64,000 bases of DNA from Atopobiaceae bacterium UBA5363 (GTDB lineage: Bacteria > Actinomycetota > Coriobacteriia > Coriobacteriales > Atopobiaceae), in the NCBI GenBank assembly GCA_002407925.1, contig DHPN01000030.1, forward strand, positions 3,209 through 67,208, read 5' to 3'. Below are positions 58,630 to 64,000 of the stretch, piece after piece. Both the position numbers and the translations under genes were made by a program. Under the pieces are notes generated by a model. The model worked only from the letters and a program-made list of their open reading frames with translations. It was not told the origin of the DNA and did no database searches. Numbering within the stretch: position 1 is the first letter of the stretch; every line of letters begins with the position of its first letter.

Positions 58630-60288
58630 CTACGACCAAAGGAAGGCAAGCGTCTCGTAAGGTCGCATGAGCAAGCTTTCGTGGTCAGTTGCCACATCTG
58701 AGTAGTTTCCTATGAGGAGCTTTCCGCCAGCAATGCTTGCGGTCCCAAGCGGCCGTGTCATATCAGAGGAGAACGAGCAGAGCACAAGCATCCTTTCGTC
58801 GCGATAGAGCCGCTCATAAGCTATCACTTCCTCAGAAAACGTTCCGACGAAGTGGATGCGGCCCTCGGAGATAAGCGACATGCTCTTGCGCAGCTTAATG
58901 AGACGCTGATAGTACGACCAGATCGAGTCGGGATCCGAGAGCTCTGCGGCAGCGTTTATCGTAGTGTGGTTGTCTGCGATTTGAATCCATGGCTTTCCCG
59001 TTGTGAAGCCTGCTCCGCTTTCTGCTGTCCACTGCATGGGGGTGCGCGCATTGTCACGCGAGCGTGCAGCCAAGATGTGAAGCGCCTCCTTCTTGCTTTT
59101 GCCTTGCTCAAGCAAGATGCGATAGTAGTTGAGGGACTCGACGTCACGGTATTGGCTGATGTCCGAAAAGCCTGGGTTGGTCATCCCCAGTTCCTCGCCT
59201 TGGTATATATAAGGCGTCCCCCGCATGAGATGGATGCAACTGGCAAGCATCTTGGCACACTGCTTTTCATACCTTTGGTCAGCACAAAAGCGTGAGACTG
59301 GTCGCGGCTGGTCATGGTTGCTCCAAAAAAGCGCATTCCATCCTCCGCCGGCCTGCATTTGCTCTTGCCAGGTCTGAAATAGCTTGCGCAGCTGGCCTAT
59401 GTCAGGCTTCTTGAGCTCCCATTTGTTGCCATTCTTATAGTCAACCTTAAGATGATGGAAGCTGAATGTCATCGATAGCTCATGATCATCAGGGCGCGAG
59501 TACCGTATGCAGTTTTCAATTGATGTGGACGACATTTCTCCGACAGTGATCATGCCGTCAATGCCACTGCGCTGCACGAGCTCCTGAATATACTCATGGA
59601 CATGCTGCCCGTCTGTATAGAAGCGCCTGCCGTCGCCGTCGTCATCATCAAAAAACTCATCAGGCTTGGAAATCAGGTTGACGACGTCGAAGCGAAATCC
59701 GTTGACGCCCTTTTCCTTCCAGAACTTGACGACGTCTGCAAGCTCACTTCGAACGGCAGGGTTGTCCCAGTTCAAATCTGCCTGTGATACGTCAAATAAG
59801 TGCAAATACCATTTGCCAAGAGAAGGGACCCACTGCCAAGCTGGCCCTCCGAACTTCGACTGCCAGTTGGTAGGAGGCCGACTTTCGTCCCCGCTGCGAA
59901 AAAAATAGTAATTTTGATACTTCTCATCACCGGCGAGCGCGCGGCGAAACCATTCATGAGACGTTGACGTATGGTTAAAAACCATGTCAAGCATGATGCC
60001 AATGCCACGCGCTCGCGCCTCTGACACCACTGACTCAAAATCTGACATGGTGCCAAAGGATGGATCCACAGATCGATAGTCAGTAACATCGTAACCGTTG
60101 TCATTTTGGGGAGACACAAAAAACGGAGTGAGCCAAAGGTAATCAACACCCAGGGTTGCTAGATAGTCAAGATGCGTGCGTATCCCCTGCAGATCCCCCA
60201 TGCCGTCTCCTGTCGAGTCACAAAACGACTTGGGATAGATCTGGTAGACGACCTTGCTGCCCAGCTGCCTCTGACGATTTTCTGTCAT
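58630..60288 (-). CDS. treC: Trehalose-6-phosphate hydrolase (GH13)
   Basis: YQIYPKSF, GFRFDVVNLISK, VGEM, NHDQPR; adjacent to PTS and TreR. Confidence 0.93.
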   Translation of the reverse strand: MTENRQRQLGSKVVYQIYPKSFCDSTGDGMGDLQGIRTHLDYLATLGVDYLWLTPFFVSPQNDNGYDVTDYRSVDPSFGTMSDFESVVSEARARGIGIMLDMVFNHTSTSHEWFRRALAGDEKYQNYYFFRSGDESRPPTNWQSKFGGPAWQWVPSLGKWYLHLFDVSQADLNWDNPAVRSELADVVKFWKEKGVNGFRFDVVNLISKPDEFFDDDDGDGRRFYTDGQHVHEYIQELVQRSGIDGMITVGEMSSTSIENCIRYSRPDDHELSMTFSFHHLKVDYKNGNKWELKKPDIGQLRKLFQTWQEQMQAGGGWNALFWSNHDQPRPVSRFCADQRYEKQCAKMLASCIHLMRGTPYIYQGEELGMTNPGFSDISQYRDVESLNYYRILLEQGKSKKEALHILAARSRDNARTPMQWTAESGAGFTTGKPWIQIADNHTTINAAAELSDPDSIWSYYQRLIKLRKSMSLISEGRIHFVGTFSEEVIAYERLYRDERMLVLCSFSSDMTRPLGTASIAGGKLLIGNYSDVATDHESLLMRPYETLAFLWS

Positions 60289-60337
60289 ATGATCACCCTC
60301 ATCTTTGCCCTATCCCCTTTTTCGGCAAGCTTGCAGC

Positions 60338-61828
60338 TCAATTGTTGCCAAAAATCTGATTCGCTGCGGCGCTCATATCAATTCCCGTCGCCTTTTCCTC
60401 GTCAGTCCCAATGCCCTTCTTCTTGCCGATGATACGAACCAGAGCGTACGGGACGATGATCGAGATCAGCATGCATATGGCGAAATAGCCCATATATTGA
60501 GGTTGAATGGAGAGGATGCCCGGAAGACCGCCAACGCCTATCGCGTTTGCCGTGGTTCCCGTCGCCGTGCAAAGCATGGCGGCGCAGGCAGACCCTATCA
60601 TTGCAGAGTAGAAGGGGAACATGTACTTAAGGTTGACGCCAAACATCGCCGGCTCAGTTACGCCAAGATAGCAGGAGATGTATGCGGGGATATTGACCTG
60701 CTGAGCCCTTTCGTTTTTCTTCTGCAGGTGGCTCATGGCCAAAACAGCCGAGCCTTGGGCGATATTGGAAAGCGCGATCATAGGCCAAAGCATGGTGCCA
60801 CCATAGTCCGCAATGAGCTGCAGGTCGATTGCATTGGTCATGTGGTGCAGGCCTGTTATGACGAGCGGCGCATAGAAGAAACCAAATATCGCGCCAAAGA
60901 TGACACGCGCCGGGCCCGTGATGCCCGCATACACAACAGCCGAGATGCCAGAACCGAGCCACCAGCCAATTGGGCCGAGCACGAAGTGAGCAGCAATGAC
61001 AGAGAGCACGAGGCTGCAGAATGGCACAACGATCATAGATACCACCTTGGGGCAGATCTTGCGGAAGAATCTCTCAAGGTAGCCAAGCGTAAGGGCTGCC
61101 AAGATGGCAGGGATGACCTGCGCTTGATAGCCAATCATGTTGATCTTGAAATAGCCGAAGTCCCAGACGGGGATCTGATCGGCCGGCGTTGTCGCGACGC
61201 TGTAGGCGTTGAGCAGCTGGCTTGAGACAAGCGTCAGGCCCAGCACGATGCCGAGCATCTGCGTGCCGCCCATCTTACGGGTGACCGACCAGCAAATGCC
61301 AACAGGAATGCCGAGCTGGAACACTGCTTCGCCTATGAGCCACAGGAAGCTGTCGACTCCTGACCAGAACTGGGAGATGTCCACAAGCGTCTGCGTCCCG
61401 TTGTTAAAGAAGTAAATGGAGTCGATGCAGTTACGAAAGCCTAAGATCAGGCCGCCGACGATGATGGCCGGGATGAGCGGTGCGAATATCTCGGCTATGG
61501 CTCCCATGATGCGCTGCAAGACGTTCTGGTTGGCGCGTGCGGCGCTCTTCACTTCTTCTTTGTTTGCATCCTCTATGCCTGATAGTGCAATGAATTCGTT
61601 GTAGAAATCAGCGACATCGTTGCCGATGATAACTTGGAACTGCCCCGCCTGCGTGAAGCTGCCTTTGACAACGTCAAGGGCCTCAATGCCTTTTATGTCT
61701 GCCTTTTCCGGATCCTTGAGCGCAAAACGCATGCGTGTCATGCAGTGGGACACTGCTGCAATATTTTGCCTTCCTCCCACGAGTTTGAGGAGTTTTTCTG
61801 CGTCGTCCTTGTACGCATTCACAACCAT
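60338..61828 (-). CDS. treP: PTS trehalose-specific EIIBC
   Basis: HCMTRMRF (phospho-Cys), GQFQVIIG, ITGLHH, GVTEPAMFG. Confidence 0.9.
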   Translation of the reverse strand: MVVNAYKDDAEKLLKLVGGRQNIAAVSHCMTRMRFALKDPEKADIKGIEALDVVKGSFTQAGQFQVIIGNDVADFYNEFIALSGIEDANKEEVKSAARANQNVLQRIMGAIAEIFAPLIPAIIVGGLILGFRNCIDSIYFFNNGTQTLVDISQFWSGVDSFLWLIGEAVFQLGIPVGICWSVTRKMGGTQMLGIVLGLTLVSSQLLNAYSVATTPADQIPVWDFGYFKINMIGYQAQVIPAILAALTLGYLERFFRKICPKVVSMIVVPFCSLVLSVIAAHFVLGPIGWWLGSGISAVVYAGITGPARVIFGAIFGFFYAPLVITGLHHMTNAIDLQLIADYGGTMLWPMIALSNIAQGSAVLAMSHLQKKNERAQQVNIPAYISCYLGVTEPAMFGVNLKYMFPFYSAMIGSACAAMLCTATGTTANAIGVGGLPGILSIQPQYMGYFAICMLISIIVPYALVRIIGKKKGIGTDEEKATGIDMSAAANQIFGNN

Positions 61829-61844
61829 CTACCTCCTTGTGTAG

Positions 61845-61896
61845 AACTTATTTAAATAAGCTACCTATGGCATTGTGCAACTTATTTGAATAAGCT
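61845..61896. promoter_or_regulatory. Two palindromic TreR operators
   Basis: AACTTATTTAAATAAGCT (61845-61862) and AACTTATTTGAATAAGCT (61879-61896). Confidence 0.75.
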
Positions 61897-62015
61897 ATGT
61901 AGCACTAGCTTCAATCTTCCGTAGACGGCATGTTTTCTTCGGTATAGGAGTATTCCCACCGGGATTTCTGGCAAGATAGACAAGAGAAATGAACTAACTT
62001 GAGAAAGACGTGGTC

Positions 62016-62738
62016 ATGGTACGGGCAATATATGACAGTATCTATCAGCGACTTCGGCAGGACATATTAAACGGAACATACCCCTACCAATCACTGCTCC
62101 CCTCAGAGAACACGCTCATCAAAACATTTAGCTGTGCGCATAATACCGTGCGCAAGGCGCTGGCGCTTCTCACTGCCCAAGGCTTTGTGCAGCCCATCCA
62201 CGGGAAGGGCGTGCGTGTCATCTATCAGCCGCCACAGAAGACCCTCTTTACCCTTGGTGGCATCGAGACCTTCAAGGAGACAGCGCGTCGCAATCATCTC
62301 AAGGCCCAAACGGATGTCGTGACCTTCAAAACTATTCGCTCTGATGACGCGATAGCCGAGCAGACGGGCTTCCCTGCGGGCACGGAGCTGTATTACATCG
62401 AGCGCATCCGCCGCCTTGACGGCAAGGCGCTGATTTTCGACAAGAACTATTTCCTCGCTTCGATAATACCGGGCCTCACCACAGCGATCGTAAAGAACTC
62501 CGTGTACGAGTACATCGAAAAGACGCTGGGGATGCGCATCACGACAAGCAAGCGAACGCTCACGGTCGAGCGGACGACGCCAAAGGACGAACGCTACCTA
62601 GACGTTGAAGGCTATGACTTTCTCGCGGTCGTATCGAGCCAAACGTTTAACAGCGATGGCATTATGTTCGAGTACACCCAGTCGCGCCATCGCCCGGACT
62701 ACTTCGCCTTCCACAGCACGGCCATACGTGGGAAATAG
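62016..62738 (+). CDS. treR: Trehalose repressor (GntR/UTRA)
   Basis: LPSENTL, TVRKAL, HGKG, FEYTQSRHRPDYF; divergent from the tre genes. Confidence 0.92.
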   Translation: MVRAIYDSIYQRLRQDILNGTYPYQSLLPSENTLIKTFSCAHNTVRKALALLTAQGFVQPIHGKGVRVIYQPPQKTLFTLGGIETFKETARRNHLKAQTDVVTFKTIRSDDAIAEQTGFPAGTELYYIERIRRLDGKALIFDKNYFLASIIPGLTTAIVKNSVYEYIEKTLGMRITTSKRTLTVERTTPKDERYLDVEGYDFLAVVSSQTFNSDGIMFEYTQSRHRPDYFAFHSTAIRGK

Positions 62739-62859
62739 CAAATTAGAAAAATCTATGTCCGGCGGCCCGCAGATGGCACAGAGGGTATAGTTTTTCTGCA
62801 GAGACACCTCCAGAGAAGCGTCTTGCTCTTTCTTCTTCAATATGTCGTTCGGAGGAATT

Positions 62860-64000
62860 TTGGATATTGACGCAGTAGCTGCAAAAAATCGCTCGGCCCT
62901 CATAGATATTATCAGCGCCCCTCCCTGTACAGGCCAAGCAGTGCCCTCCCCTAAGCTTGGCATCGAGCTCGAACGCTTTGTGATAGACCAAAGCTCCGGC
63001 CACACGGTTGCCTACGATGACGAACCTGGAATCCATGCGCTGCTCAAGCGCTGGAGTCGCTATTTCCGACCCGAGCAGCGCGTAATCATCGACAAGCGCC
63101 TGTTCGGCTATATAGGGCAGGTCACAGCAGGCGAGCACGAAGTCGGCATCAGCATCTCATTGGAGCCCGGCAGCCAGCTCGAAGTCGCCGTCGGCCCTGA
63201 CGTGTCAGTAACTGCCCTCCTTGGCGCCCTTCAAGCCTTCGACACACAATTCCAGACGCTGACCTCTGAGATGGGGGTTGACTGGAAGCTCATAGCCGAA
63301 GGGTTTAACCCACAGGTCATCGACCCAAGCTCCGTGCCTCTGATTGAGAAGAAGCGCTACCAGCTCATGGATGCCTACCTGTCCAAGACAGGCCGCTATG
63401 CGCGCGACATGATGCGCTGCTCCGCGTCCACGCAAGTCTCCGTTGACCTGTCATGCGGGAGGGGATTTGGGAGGCGCAAAACATGTCAGCTCTCAGTGGC
63501 ACTCGGCCCCATACTGTCTTTTCTCACTGACAACACAATAAGCTGGCGAGGCCTCTCATTCGAGGACACGCCGCGCATGGTTCGCAGCCGCATATGGGAG
63601 CAGGTCGACCCTGCGCGCTGCGGAACCGTGCCCGGCACGTTCTCTTACGACTTCGGGCCTGAAACCTATGTGGACTGGCTCTGCACGGTGCGCCCCATCC
63701 TCTTCACAGACCAGCAAGGCATCACCACCTCAACAGGTAAGGCAACTGTCAAGGACCTGCTCTCCAAGCGGCCGCTCGGGCCGGGCGAGCTACAGCATTT
63801 GCTGTCCATGGTGTTCCCGGATACGCGCCTCAAAGGGTTTGCCGAAATGAGGACCTGCGACTCGCTGCCACCGGCATCTGCCGCCTCACTTGCGGCCTTT
63901 GTAAAGGGGCTCTTCTATGCTCGAAGCGCCAACGAACAGGCCACGCACCTACTCGTGGACCACACGGGTGAGCGCGATGTGTCCAACGCTTGGAGGGCCT
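62860..64000 (+). CDS. Glutamate-cysteine ligase family 2 (GshA/EgtA-like), partial at right edge
   Basis: Read manually: TTG after GGAGG, LGIELE, SLEPGSQLE, KKRY..M, MMRCSASTQVSVD, VFPDTRLKGFAEMR. No stop before the window end. Confidence 0.9.
   Translation, partial: MDIDAVAAKNRSALIDIISAPPCTGQAVPSPKLGIELERFVIDQSSGHTVAYDDEPGIHALLKRWSRYFRPEQRVIIDKRLFGYIGQVTAGEHEVGISISLEPGSQLEVAVGPDVSVTALLGALQAFDTQFQTLTSEMGVDWKLIAEGFNPQVIDPSSVPLIEKKRYQLMDAYLSKTGRYARDMMRCSASTQVSVDLSCGRGFGRRKTCQLSVALGPILSFLTDNTISWRGLSFEDTPRMVRSRIWEQVDPARCGTVPGTFSYDFGPETYVDWLCTVRPILFTDQQGITTSTGKATVKDLLSKRPLGPGELQHLLSMVFPDTRLKGFAEMRTCDSLPPASAASLAAFVKGLFYARSANEQATHLLVDHTGERDVSNAWRA

Noticed and set aside
60305-61225. 306-aa + ORF and similar long antisense ORFs (e.g. 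41131-41664, 23661-24239, 19083-19658)
   Set aside because: Shadow frames opposite well-supported conserved genes.
1-64000. CRISPR arrays, IS elements, integrases, prophage, tRNA/rRNA, defence systems
   Set aside because: No repeat-spacer pattern, transposase, integrase, phage gene or cloverleaf was recognised. The macrodomain gene looks like the housekeeping type.

Overview
Core-chromosome window of about 55 CDS, most likely from a Coriobacteriia (Atopobiaceae/Olsenella-like) actinobacterium; this assignment is inferred from gene order and protein style, not from a search. A clean 28-bp XerC/XerD dif site at 15893-15920 marks the replication terminus. Nine consecutive + genes run into it from the left, and 31 of the next 33 genes run into it from the right. 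Left arm: sulfur amino-acid genes, an SPFH/Arc operon, a decayed ABC-transporter remnant, tartrate dehydrogenase, a GGDEF cyclase, a pseudo-esterase/coiled-coil protein, a pgsA2-GcvT-like-RidA-FHA-MerR-apt cluster, an NlpC/P60 hydrolase and a ClC antiporter. Right arm: trxB, two nucleobase permeases, dut-nrdR-LysM/lexA, hflX-miaA-miaB-spoVS, rny-recX-recA-cinA-pgsA-rimO-rodZ-ftsK-rnj, pnp-rpsO, recO-era-dgkA-ybeY-phoH-mtaB and two dnaJ genes. These are followed by an IclR/FIST/ALDH unit, DUF969-DUF979-pcp, a trehalose PTS locus and a partial glutamate-cysteine ligase that the ORF track missed. Best candidates for undescribed biology: (1) an unannotated structured + strand RNA with its own terminator between rnj and pnp; (2) a stand-alone MutL-like GHKL ATPase with an HTH-like C-terminus directly downstream of RNase Y; (3) an output-less FIST protein paired with an aldehyde dehydrogenase under putative IclR control; (4) a membrane-anchored zinc-finger DnaJ. 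No CRISPR array, tRNA, rRNA, IS element or prophage was recognised.
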